DNA of 64,000 bases. Origin: Harriotta raleighana. Its lineage: Eukaryota. The stretch lies in the NCBI GenBank assembly GCA_050575255.1, contig JBNZDD010013622.1:2510185-2574184 (forward strand), read 5' to 3'. Below the pieces are notes generated by a model. It was not told the DNA's origin. It made no database searches and saw only the letters and a program-made list of their open reading frames with translations. Positions within the stretch are counted from its first letter, which is position 1. Each line of letters opens with the position of its first letter. Made by a program: the position numbers and the translations under genes. Below are positions 12,781 through 24,184 of the stretch, piece after piece.

Positions 12781-12952
12781 AAGGTGTAACTTTTCACCTT
12801 GAGTTGATTTTCTGTCAAATCCAAACACAGGAAGGGAATTTACATCACTGGAGCCAGTTCCACCATCCTTACAGATTAGTGTGTGTGTGTGTGTGTTAGT
12901 TACACACAAACTATCCCTGTGTGTGTGTGTGTGTCCCCAGGGAGCTCAGGGG

Positions 12953-13438
12953 ATGGTGGGGAGGGTGAGGTCTGTGGGTCGGTGCCCAGGGATCTTCCTG
13001 TTGGCTTTGGCTCTGGATGTGGGGGGTTTAACGGTGCTTTTCATTGGTGTATTTGCCAACGTGAGGTTGGGAGGCAGAGCCCTGGGAGACTGTTTCATCT
13101 ACAGTGGAGCCATCGTTGTCTTCCTGAGCCTGATGGCTTGGCTGTTCTGGTACACAGGCAACATCCAGGTGCCTTTGGAGCCCCTGGAGAAAAACTCTCT
13201 CACCAAGTCTGTCAGGGGGTCCTCAGAGGGGAGCCATCAGCCCCAGCTGGACAAGGTGGTGGACTTGGATCTGAAGGAATTGTCCTCGACCATCAGTTGG
13301 GAATTGGCCAAACAACTGCTCCAGATCCCAAGGGGCACAGAGGAACAGCCAAGGCTGGTGGAGCTCATCAGTGTCAAGGGCTCCTTAGACTATCAGCCAT
13401 GCCCTGTCCCACTGCAGAATGGAGACCGACTTGTGTGA
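12953..13438 (+). CDS. TMEM238: TMEM238-family two-TM protein, 161 aa (exact orthology uncertain)
   Basis: GRC..F.LALALD..GL....GVFA......GD..IYSGA..VFLSL..W.FWYTGNI.V is the TMEM238 signature; acceptor gtgtccccAG at 12940; Kozak gggATGg; donor gca|GTAAGT at 13442. Confidence 0.85.
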   Translation: MVGRVRSVGRCPGIFLLALALDVGGLTVLFIGVFANVRLGGRALGDCFIYSGAIVVFLSLMAWLFWYTGNIQVPLEPLEKNSLTKSVRGSSEGSHQPQLDKVVDLDLKELSSTISWELAKQLLQIPRGTEEQPRLVELISVKGSLDYQPCPVPLQNGDRLV

Positions 13439-13624
13439 GCAGTAAGTCAGTGGGTCAGCTTCCCTTCATCACAGTTGGTTGCACTATTTCATTTTGAAAG
13501 TGGGAGAACTTTCACTCGCTTTACAGGAACCCCTCCCTCTAATAAGGAGTTTAGAGTGAACACCGACAGCTGTACAATGCAGTAGGTGAGATTTTATAAA
13601 GTGTTGGGAGAATTATATACTACT

Positions 13625-13995
13625 AATAATAATATAATCCTAGCATTTGGTGCAGTGCATTATCCAGTCATTGAGATGTCTTAAAGCACTTCACAAAATC
13701 TATTGTAAGGTAGATATGCTACTGTATCCGCGTTTGTCCCACACATATATGTATAGATACAGTCACCACACTTTACAGTATGTTCTGTGAAGCGCTTTGA
13801 GACGTCTAGAAGATGTGAAAACAACAACAAACAAAATGACATATTCGTAGAGTGCCTTTCATGTCGGAAAAGCACTACAGTATCTCAAATGCGAGGATTG
13901 TTATCAGTATCTTATGGGAGAAACGTGGCAGTCAGTTGCACATGTTAGTGACCCACAAACAGTCGTGGATTGAATGATCACATTTTTATATTTTA
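13625..13995. mobile_element. Nested SINE fragments in both orientations with an antisense L2 tail
   Basis: Family motifs on both strands. Confidence 0.7.
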
Positions 13996-15699
13996 TATGC
14001 AAGTCAGATATTTAATGGAAGCTGTCCCCGACTGCATGGATTATTTGTGAGAAGATAGCGCTTGATTGCATTGCTTATAGAAACAGCAACTTTCATAACT
14101 CCCTTCACACAGGCAGCTGGCTTTAGAACCCAGGAAGATAAGGTGTGTGCATGTATATATATAAGATGCGAAATATAGTTATGTTAATTGATTGAACTGA
14201 TTTTTCAGAATGATGATTGTATTAGTTGGGTATAAATGTACAAAATCAATATAACCTAATTTTATCAAAAATCAAATCATGGATTTAAGTCATGGAAATC
14301 TGGTTTAAACTCTCAGGTGAATTAAAAACTAAATTCTCTAATAATAATCATTCTTGCATTTGATATAGCTTGTTGTCGTGTCATTGAGACATCTCAAAAC
14401 GCTTCAGAGATGTACCATCGAGTGGATTGACTGTGTATTTCATGGGCGGAATCATGTTTAAGAGCCTGTACCTTGCAGGGATAAGGCAGTTTGGAATATT
14501 GAACAATTGGATAATTTACCTACAGCTGCAGTGTCAGCTGTACTCTATTGGTAACTACCCACCTCCTTCTGTTTCTATGGTCAAAGCTATTTGCACCTGA
14601 ATGCACCTCACCAGGTGCTTTTTAAAGTCAGTAACAAGCATTTCTGTTTACGTGACCACGAGATTCTTGTGTTGCAAGGAAACCCAACTTATAGCAATAT
14701 GATTCAAGCCTGTGTTAATCATCAGTCCAGGGAGCACATTGGTAGAGTTGGCACTGAGCTAATATGAGAATCATGCGACAAAATACTACACAAGAATGCA
14801 ACATTTATACTGTTTAAGCTAATAGCACTCCGGTAGCACCTTGAAGTTAAATCTCTGGTGTGATATTGTTTGTGTATGGTGTAGGTTTTTTTTGGGGGGA
14901 GGGGGTATCACTTGATTTGCCCCCAGAGTGTACCCCAAACCTGCCATTTGTGGGGTCACTGACCCTGAATTTGATCGTGTTCCTCTGCAGTGCCTCCCTT
15001 TGGAACTAATAACCCATTTGCTTTAAGCAGAGATTCTTTCTACCTGGCTTAACTTGACGGCTTTCAGGGAATTGAGTTCCATTAAGTGCATCCAGTGTAA
15101 TGATTTATTCAAACTTTATGTTCTTTTGCTTCCTGCTCTCACGAAACACCGAACGTACCAACTCTCCAGCACATTTTGTATCTCTTAATAGTTCCTCGAA
15201 ATTGATCCATTTGTATAATGCCTTGGATTTCGCTGCCAAAGCTCAATATTGAGTTATTTGACCTGTCTTATTATTGAATCTTAAGTGCTGAAGTGACCCA
15301 GAGCATTAGCAATTTTGCCAACTATTGACTTTGTCTCTGTGTTTTAAAGGCTATTGGATACAGCAGAATTCCATCTAAATCCATCTAAAGCCCCTTTTGG
15401 TCCTCCCAATGCACCTCCACCTCCACACCCAACTGACTTCGTAGCTGGTGGTGGTTGGAGCTGTTGGTGTTGAGAAGATTGACAGCCAGCAGATCTGGTA
15501 CCAAGTCAGGCAGACAAGACAGTTTAACATCTCCAGTGTAGCGTCCCCGAGCACTGTACTGGGTGACCAGCTTAGACTGAGTTCAAAGGCTTTAAAGATT
15601 GAACCCACAACCTTCAAAGGCACAAGAGCTGAGAATGCTACCAGACTGTGACAGTACAACAAATTGAACGCATATTTTGCGAGGTATTCCAGAGGCGCA

Positions 15700-15870
15700 G
15701 GATAATCGAGGGTTTGCACCTGAGCTGGAGGCTGGTTCAGTGGGAGGGGTTGGGAATGGAGGGTGGGGAGAGAATTCGAGGCATTTGGAGCTGGGGTGGG
15801 GAAGGGCTGGAAGGCGAGTGAAGCTGCTGTTAAAGAGGAAGGTGTTGAGAAGCACCTGTGAAAGTTGAGG
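15700..15870 (-). mobile_element. L2 fragment
   Basis: G-rich ggaatgga..gaattcgaggcatttggagctg..gaaggc, the reverse complement of the L2 AFS..AP.LWN region. Confidence 0.5.
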
Positions 15871-16868
15871 ATTATAGAGGGTTTCCCTTCTGGAATTCGT
15901 ATTGGTTATTAATTACATCATTAGTGTAGTGAAAGCCTGGAATTCCATCCATCCCATGTGTATCTGTGTGTGGTTTACCAAGACCACAAATTAGCCCCAC
16001 CCCTCCCTAAATACTGTGAATCATTATCAAAGTTTAACACATCAAACTCTGGATTGTGTCTTGTTGCCTTTGTTATTCCAGAAACCACAAATGCTGGTGT
16101 CCTCTGTGGATCTGGTGAACTTCCAAACAGTGCCAAACGATTACTAACCAGCACCCACTAGTGGATAGGCTGTTTGTCCATTGGATCAAGATACTGTACA
16201 ATCAAGATGTAGTTTCAATTCCTTTGCCAAAATAAATATTCTCAGTTTGCATTGAATTGTGACTCCAGCCAATCTGTCTTTGATCAATTCCTGAGGCCAT
16301 TAGTGCACATATTCTTGTTGATGTAGTTCCAACACGACTGCAGCACTGTTTATGACTGCCCTTTGTACCAGAGGCAGTTTATACCATCTTCACAAACTGT
16401 ACCATGTGTTAAAGTTCAAATGAAAATGAGGAGTTGTCCAAAGTAAACGAAAAAAAACACACACATGTTCCTAAGAAAAGAAATACACCCAGAAACTCTG
16501 GAACACACTTCCTCTATCCTTTCACCTTGTCCCCTCCTTCTTCATCTTCAGATCACATCTGAAGACCTTCCTCTTTGTGCCTATGGTCACAGCCCCCTCT
16601 CTCAGCTTAACGTTGTGCACCTCCCCCTGTTGAGCACTCTCGGATGCTTCGCTGCGTAAGGGGTGCTATATAAATGCAAGTTGTTGTTTGTGACTTGTGC
16701 TCAAGTTGTGTTCATTATTATTCCTTCAGTTTGTGGGACATTGCTGTATGCGGGTTGGCTGCCTCGCTGGCCCACAAGATGCATGTAGTCATACGCCACT
16801 ATGAGACGTCTCAACAGCATAAGACACAGTATTAAATGCAGTATTATTACTGTGTTATTCACAGTAGA

Positions 16869-17175
16869 ATCCTGTAGCCCAGTGGTTATAACCCTCACTT
16901 CACAAGCTAGAGACCTGGGTTCGATTCCCTGCAGGACGAAACCTTGAGCGAGTCTCTGCGCTCCACACACCTGATGATAATCCCTCAAGAAAATAAATAC
17001 ATAAATAAATCGCAGTTTGATCACTCATTCCATGGCTGTTTGTTGGAACACTGCTGTGCGCAATTGGCTGCTGCGTTTCGCCCACAAAAGTCAATCTACT
17101 TTTGAGACGTCTAGAAGACGTGATAAAACACTAATATCAAATGAAAGTATTTTATTTATTATTATTGTTATTATT
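16869..17175 (+). mobile_element. Near full-length SINE
   Basis: tRNA head and family tail. Confidence 0.85.
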
Positions 17176-18429
17176 GAGGCAAGACTGTTTTGCACTCAAG
17201 CTTTCATTTCTCTTTGGATAATTCCAGTTGGTAGTTTTGTTTACATGAGCACCGCAACGCCACAGAACAAACTGTGTTTCCTCTTTTTTTGAAACCCAGT
17301 TTTTTGAAACCCCTCCTGGGGTTCTATGAAAGCAAAGTGTCTCACAATGATTTATTAACCATTAACCTGCTCTAAACTGCCTCGTTCAGAACCTGAGGCT
17401 GGAGGAAACCGACTGTGTGAATTCGGAGAATGTTAATGTTATGAACAAGTCAAACACTCTGAGTTACAGACTTTCGTCCCTGAGGTTCCAATGCTTAATT
17501 CCCTGATTATTTTTTTGTGTGGGGTTGAGTTTTTAACCCTGGGACTTTATTTTTAATTAATTTTAAGCCTTCGTCGTGTGACTGTCACTTAATTAATGAT
17601 CTTATCTGGTTCCACAAACTCAGGTCGTAATGTGAGATTCTGTCTGTGGTGACTGAGCAAATTCCAACGAAACGATAAAGAAGCGGTTTCTACGCTGGTT
17701 GCATTTTTTGCATAATTTTCCCCTCGAGCAATGGACTGAACTACATTTAGTTTCCAACACTTGAGAGCCTTGCCTGGTGCTTATTAAATGATGCACAACT
17801 GCAGCTTCTCATTTATCGACGATCCTTTTTGAGAAAAGGGGTATTGTTACGGTGTTATTGCCTTAATGCCACCCTGATCGGGAGCCAGCAGTCAGCTCCC
17901 TATCACATTACAGAGGGCGTATTTACTTTTGACTAATGTGTAAGCTATTAACCTTTAACGCCTTCTTTACTTGAACCTGAACCTGAATGTTCAGTGAAGC
18001 CGAGTTCACTGCTGGTCCCACCAATATGTCCGCTGTGTGGAGCTTTTTTTGTGTGTGTTTAGGTTTGTCACAATAAAGTTTCTGCTTTTAAATATTTTGA
18101 GAGGACTTGACCTCTTGTGTTTCAACGCCTTGACCATTTACCGCACAAGTTGGTGGACAGCCTCGCGTGGTCGAGCAACATTGCCAGGAATCACCAGTGA
18201 GATGACGTGACCAAAGGTCCAATGTTTTTTGGCAACACATCAATAGATCCTGTCACAGCCTCTAATATAATGTGACCTCGCGATGATTTCACACCGGATT
18301 CTATACTTGGATTCTAAATAAAATGTCGATTCGACAATGAATCAGCAAGTAATGACAGTGAGGAATAGCAAATCCATCCCACATTAATTTGCCAATGTCC
18401 CATCGCCCTATCCAGGTGGCTGGCAAGGA

Positions 18430-18690
18430 TCTGGGACCTTGGCCTATCGTTTCATTCAAAAGATGGCATCTCCCAACAGTTCTGTGCTCCCTCAAGTCTG
18501 TTGTTTTAAGAATAATAATAATCCTTGCATTTGATATAGCATTTTTTCACATCTTCTAGTCATCTCAAAGTGCTTCACAGAATATACTGTAAAGTGAGTT
18601 GACTGTGTATTTGTGGGCGAAACGTGGCAGCCAATTGCACAGCAGCGTCCCACAAATAGCCGTGGATTGAAATGACCAATTTTTAAATTT
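18430..18690 (-). mobile_element. SINE 3' half plus adjacent Deu-domain remnant
   Basis: Reverse complement of the family tail. Confidence 0.75.
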
Positions 18691-19901
18691 ATTTTCAGGG
18701 TTATCAGGTTTCAATGGTGATTTCAATCACTCACTTCTTCTTAATAGTGGTATTTCCTAATATTTTGTTGATCGATTCGAAATGTTGAAGCCTTATAAGA
18801 TTTCAAGTGAGCATTCAATGGATTGATTGGTGAACTGGGTGGGAGAATGCGATTGCACAATAAGTTTGAATAAACCTGGGAACGACATGTAAATGTGCAG
18901 ATTGCCGGTGAGATAAGCCAATTCCTTTGTGTGTAACCATGTCCCACATCCAATAAATAATTTGTATAACAATAACAAAATTACACTTATGGAGTAATGC
19001 TCTTATTCCAATAGCCACAGGAATGCCGTCATTCTGTTGCCTCTCGTCATTTTTGCATGATCCGCACAGATTACATTCACAGCAATTCAAGCTTCATTCA
19101 TAAAACTTCAAAGGTCCTCATTGCTGCAGCTGAGCAGAACTGTGCAACTTGATGTGACAATGTGGTTTTAATTTTCTGGAGCTAAATGTTGAGCATAGCT
19201 AAATCTAGCTCAAGGCAGAAACAATCTGTGATGTAACCAGTGACACACACAAACTCAAGTGTTCACACCCCAGCTGTTGAGTTGTGCAAAGTCATGGTAC
19301 TTAAGTGCAATACATAATCCAGTGTGAAACCATACACTTGTTTTTGAACATAGGAGCAACAATAAAGTAATGATAATACTCCTTGAATTTGGTGTAGGGT
19401 CTTACACCAAAGCACGTAAAGTGCTTCACAGGAATTACTGTGAAATGGATTTGTAGGCGAACACAGCTGCCCAATCTCACACAGCAATGTCCCACAAACA
19501 GCCGTGAAACCAGTGACCGGTTTTATTGTGGGGGGAATGTTGGCCAGAAAACTGGGAGAAGCCTCCTTCTCTTTTCAGAATTGGCCATAGGATCTTCTCT
19601 CTTTTTCCAAAAGGAAAACTGGGAAAGAAAGGAGCCCGTTCCACCAGTTTAATGGATCCTGACAAACATATGAATCTCAAATGTGGGCCATCCTTTATTT
19701 TAAGGTTAATGTCGGGAGCAGGGTGTATCTAACATCAATAACATACTTTAACCTTTGTTCATTGTTGGCCCCCGGGGCTCTCCTGTCCCACCCTCTATAC
19801 CAGTGTAACCGACTTTAGCTGGTTAACTCAACACTGGCCAGCAGTCAGACCTGATCTGTAAGTCTTCATATTATACAACATAACTTTTTTTTATAATGAT
19901 G

Positions 19902-20180
19902 AAATAATAATCCTTGCATTTGATAGCGCTTTTCAGGTCCTCTCGACGTCTCAAAGTGCTTCACAGAATATACTGTAAAGTGAATTGACTGTATATTTGT
20001 GGGTGAAATTATGTGGCAGTCTATTGCACACAGCAGTGTCCCACAAACAGACATGGATTGAAATGACCAAATTCTTATAGTTTTTTTTGGTGTGGTAAAA
20101 TGATAAAATAATGATAAAATAATAATCCTTGCATTTGATATCGCGCTTTTCATGTCTTCCAGATGTCTCAAAGCGCTTCA
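19902..20180 (-). mobile_element. Two tandem SINE 3' fragments
   Basis: aataataatccttgcatttgata occurs twice. Confidence 0.85.
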
Positions 20181-21123
20181 CAATTTATTTTATGATTTTT
20201 TTAAAAAAGTGTGAAAACTCAAACATGGAGAGAGCTGGCAGGGATGGAAGATGGAGGAGGGAGGGAGTGGTGTGGGGTGGTGATGGAAGTTGAAGAGAGA
20301 AAGAGGTGATTAACTATGGTAAATTTTGAATAAACAAAACATGCCTCTCTGAATCGTATGGAAAACGTGGAAAACGCAGCTCTAGCAAAAGTAGCTTGGT
20401 TTAACTGTGGCAGGATCTTCTCCCAACATCACAGGAATCTGCTGAGGTCACCTAGACTTGGTATCAACCTGGCTCAGGCCAGCACTCGTCTCAAAGATAG
20501 ATTTGAGCATTAAACTCATAATTAGGATTATGATTATCATCATTATTATCATTGCTGCCACATTAGTCTACAGAAAAAAAAGTTCAATTGACAACAATTA
20601 TCTGTAAAAGACTTGACATGATCAAGTCTACAAGTATAGAGGATTACAATTATTAAAGGCCAGTGTCCCTGTAGACTACCTTCCCTGGCATCCCATCTGA
20701 GAGGCTCACAGACACTGTGAACCGTGGAGAGACGGGGTGAGGGAGGAAGAATATAATCCCATTATGTTAATCTTACAAATCCGGTTCTGTTAATGAGGGC
20801 ATTTTTCTTCTGTCATAGTAGGCGAGCAATGTTAAGCATGCAAAATAATGTGGTATTAAATTATGTGCCTCAGTTCTAAATACAATTGAGGCCAACCAAT
20901 TCAGCAATGTAATGTTACACTTACAGCTAAATCCTTTTCAAAACAATCCTTTGAAAACAAGCCAGAAATAATGGCAGCAAATGCACAAATAAATATCCAG
21001 CTCATGCTTCCTGCTTTTCTACTTATATAATATAATGACAACTATATAACTATATAACGTCAATCTCTCTTACATCTCTTAAATATTTACCATACTCCCA
21101 CATCATACTCCCACATGGTGACG

Positions 21124-21430
21124 TCCTGTAGCTCAGTGGTTAGAGCATTCGCCCTACAAAGCAAGTGACCCAGGTTTGATTCCTGGCAGGGCAAAACCTT
21201 GAGCAGATTTCCTTACTCCACATGCCTAATAATAATCCCTCAAAAAAAAAAAAAAATCGTCATTCCAACCCATGACTGTTTGTGTGCGCAATTTCCTGCC
21301 ACGTTTCTCACACAAATTCAAAGTCAATTCACTTTACAGTATATTCTGTGAAGAGCTTTGAGACATCCAGAAGATGTGAAAAGCACTATATCAAATGCAA
21401 GGATTATTATTATTGTTATTATTTATTTAT
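21124..21430 (+). mobile_element. Full-length SINE
   Basis: tRNA head and family tail. Confidence 0.9.
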
Positions 21431-21489
21431 TATATTAAAAATCCAACAAGCAATGAGTTACTAAAAAGCAATTATCCTGATTTATTTCC

Positions 21490-22440
21490 TCACTAGGAGA
21501 ATAGAGAATGGTAGTTTGAAGTGGGTAGGAATGATGCCGGATAAAGGTATCGGCATGTATTGGGGAAAGGAGGTGGAGCTGGGAGGTAAGGAGAGGGATG
21601 GGGATGGGGTCCAGGGAACAGATGGAGGGCATCCTGGAGGATATGGTGGTGATGACAGAGGATTGGGAGACAGTTTCGAAGGTATGGAAGGAGGGATGGG
21701 CAAGAGTCGGAGTGTGAGAGGGAGGTGGGGAAGGGGTGGAAGTTGGAAGGGCGGTGACAGCTGAGCGGATTCCCTCAATTTTGGGCTTGAGGAAATCCAG
21801 CAGCTCCTCATAGTAGGAAATGGAGGAAAGGATCTGCGAAGTGAGGCGAGGAGGGGAGGGTAGAGGAGGCAGTTTGTTGTGGAGAACAGGAATCTAGGGT
21901 TGTCGTTCACCTCCAGGATTATCCTGGAGTAGAAGAACGATTTGGCGGAGGTCAGAACGGAGCGATAAGTTTTGATGCAGTCCAGCCAGATATGCCGGTG
22001 AGACCTGTGTTCAAATCCAGGCAGATCAGGGCGAAACCTCGGGCAAGTTTCCTTACTCCACATACCTAATAATAATCCCTCCAAAAAAACCACAATAATA
22101 AAATTGGTCATTTCAATCCATGACTGTTTGTGGGACGCTGCTGTGCGCAATTGGCTGCCGCGTTCCGCCCACAAATATACAGTCAATTCACGTTACAGTA
22201 TATTCTGTGAAGCGCTTTGGGACGTCGATAAGATGTGAAAAGTGCTATATCAAATGCAAGGATTCTTCTTATTATTATTATTAAACCGTATTTGAGTCAA
22301 GTGCGTTTGGTAGCCCGTACTTGTCCCTTGAGCGAGTGGAAGTGGCTGGTGAACCAGGGTGAGGTTCGACAGTCGGAGGCAGTTTGGGAGGTGAGGGGAG
22401 CAATAGAGTTGAGTGCAGTGGAGCGGGTGTTGTGGAGGAG
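21490..22440 (-). mobile_element. Degraded L2 ORF2 internal fragment split by a SINE
   Basis: HIWLDCIKTYRSVLTSAKSFFYSRII...NPRFLFST is typical of the L2 EN-RT linker; frameshifted; continues at 22285-22440. Confidence 0.8.
21996..22283 (+). mobile_element. Young SINE inserted in L2
   Basis: Close to the family consensus. Confidence 0.9.
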
Positions 22441-22750
22441 AGCACTCGCCTTCCAAGCAGGAGATCTAGGTTCAACTCCAGGCAGGGTGAAACTTTGGGC
22501 AAGTCTCTTTACGTCACACACCTAAAAATAATCCCTTGAAAAAAAACAACAATAAATTGGGTCACTTTCAATCCACGACTATTTGTGGGGACACAGCTGT
22601 GTGCAATTGGCTGCCGCGTTTTGCCCACAAATATACAGTCCATTCACTTCACAGTACAGTACTGTATATTCTGGGAAGCGCTTTGAGACGTCAAGAAGAT
22701 GTGAAAAGCACTCAATCGAATGCAAGGATTATTAATATTATTATTATACT
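22438..22750 (+). mobile_element. SINE
   Basis: Partial head, body and tail. Confidence 0.9.
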
Positions 22751-23444
22751 ATTAAAGGCACAAGCAACTGAAGTCACAATTCCCCCTTCAAAGCAGCTTC
22801 CCCCCGCCCCTCCCCAGAGAATATTGCTAAAGACTAAGTGGTTTCTGGCTAAACCTGTTTGAAAACTATCTTAACCAAATGGATCCCAGGGTAAAGTCAG
22901 GCGACTGAGAGAGACACCAAGTATCCTGTGAGCTTTGCAACAAGCTTGTGATCAATTCTAGATTGAAGCGATTTGCTGGACAAAAGTTAATGTTTAAGTC
23001 ATTGTAAAATAATTTATTTGCCACAGAGAGTGGGGGCAGCAGAGATTAAACGTGAGTCTTCATTTTTTGTGTGTGTATTTTTTTTAAAAAAGTGTGGCTT
23101 GTGGTGTCTGCCGTTTAATTGATCATTTTGTGGTATTCAAAACTAAACAGGATTTTAATTGCACATTTATGCATCTCTGATTTAATGAATCATTTCATCC
23201 CTGATCAGAGTTCAACCAGTCAGTCACAGACAGTCAATCAGAATTTAATGTGGTCGATGCTAACACAGGGATCTCACTCCCGAGTGAGTGAGTGAGTGTG
23301 AGTGTGCATTTCCTATTTTAGGAATAGGTTATATATAAAGCATGTGGAAAACTTGTCATTTGATTCCAATTTCAATATTGAAGTTTGGGCATCTTTGACC
23401 TGTTTTTTTTGTGTGTGGAAATCTACACAAATTCTGCATTTTCT

Positions 23445-23835
23445 TTGATCTCTCTGTCTCTGTGTCTGTCTCCCTAATCTCTCTCTCTCTCTGTGTCTCT
23501 TTGATCTCTCTGTCTCTGTCTCTCTCTGTCCCCTCGATCTCTCTCTTTCTCTCTCCCTGTGTCTGTCTCCCTAGTCTCTCTCTCTCTCTCCCTGTCCCCC
23601 TGATCTCTGTCTTTCTCCCCCTGTGTCTGACTCACTAATCTCTGCGTGTGTTTGTGTGTGTGTCTCTCCCTGTGGCTTCCTTAACCTTTTCTCTCTGTAG
23701 TTCCTCCTTATCTGTAGGTTGTGGCTGTCTCACCTGTCCTGTCCCCTCCCTCCCTCCCTCCCTCCCTCTGCCCTTCAGTCTCTCAGTCTATTAATTCCCT
23801 CTGTCACTCTGCATGTGTGTGTGTGTGTGTGTCTC
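23445..23835. repeat. CT/GT-rich low-complexity tract
   Basis: Direct inspection. Confidence 0.8.
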
Positions 23836-23895
23836 TCTCAGGTGTGTGAGTGAGTAGTGAGTGAGTGAGTGAGTGAGTATCAGACACAGGTTCTG

Positions 23896-24132
23896 ATGCC
23901 AGGCTGCAGTGATATCATCGGGAGATGTGGGTGGCTGTTTGTTCTGGGGGTGCTGTTCGATGTGGGTGGGTTTGTGATCATCTTGGTCGGCATCTTTGGC
24001 CAGTTGGAGTACTTTGACTTCTTCATCTTCAGCGGGGCAGCCATAGTCTTCCTCAGCCTGTTGTGGTGGTCTTTCTGGTACTCGTTTAACCTGGGGGTGA
24101 AGGAGCCCATTGGGCTGGACTACATCGTGTGA
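23896..24132 (+). CDS. TMEM238L: TMEM238-like microprotein (FORCP-like), 78 aa
   Basis: GRC..LF.L..LFD..G......GI...L...DFFI..GA....LSLL.W..WYS.N matches recalled human 79-aa TMEM238L, which also neighbours PIRT; acceptor ctctctcAG at 23841; donor aag|GTGAGA at 24181. Confidence 0.88.
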   Translation: MPGCSDIIGRCGWLFVLGVLFDVGGFVIILVGIFGQLEYFDFFIFSGAAIVFLSLLWWSFWYSFNLGVKEPIGLDYIV

Positions 24133-24184
24133 AAGACACTGGCAGGCTGGAGACTTGTGGGATGGTCACTGCCCTCCAAGGTGA

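Noticed and set aside
12883-13497. 204-aa overlapping ORF
   Set aside because: Alternate frame of the TMEM238-like exon starting in a GT repeat, with no recognisable protein
21482-22186. 234-aa minus-strand ORF
   Set aside because: Chance fusion of antisense SINE and frameshifted L2 ORF2
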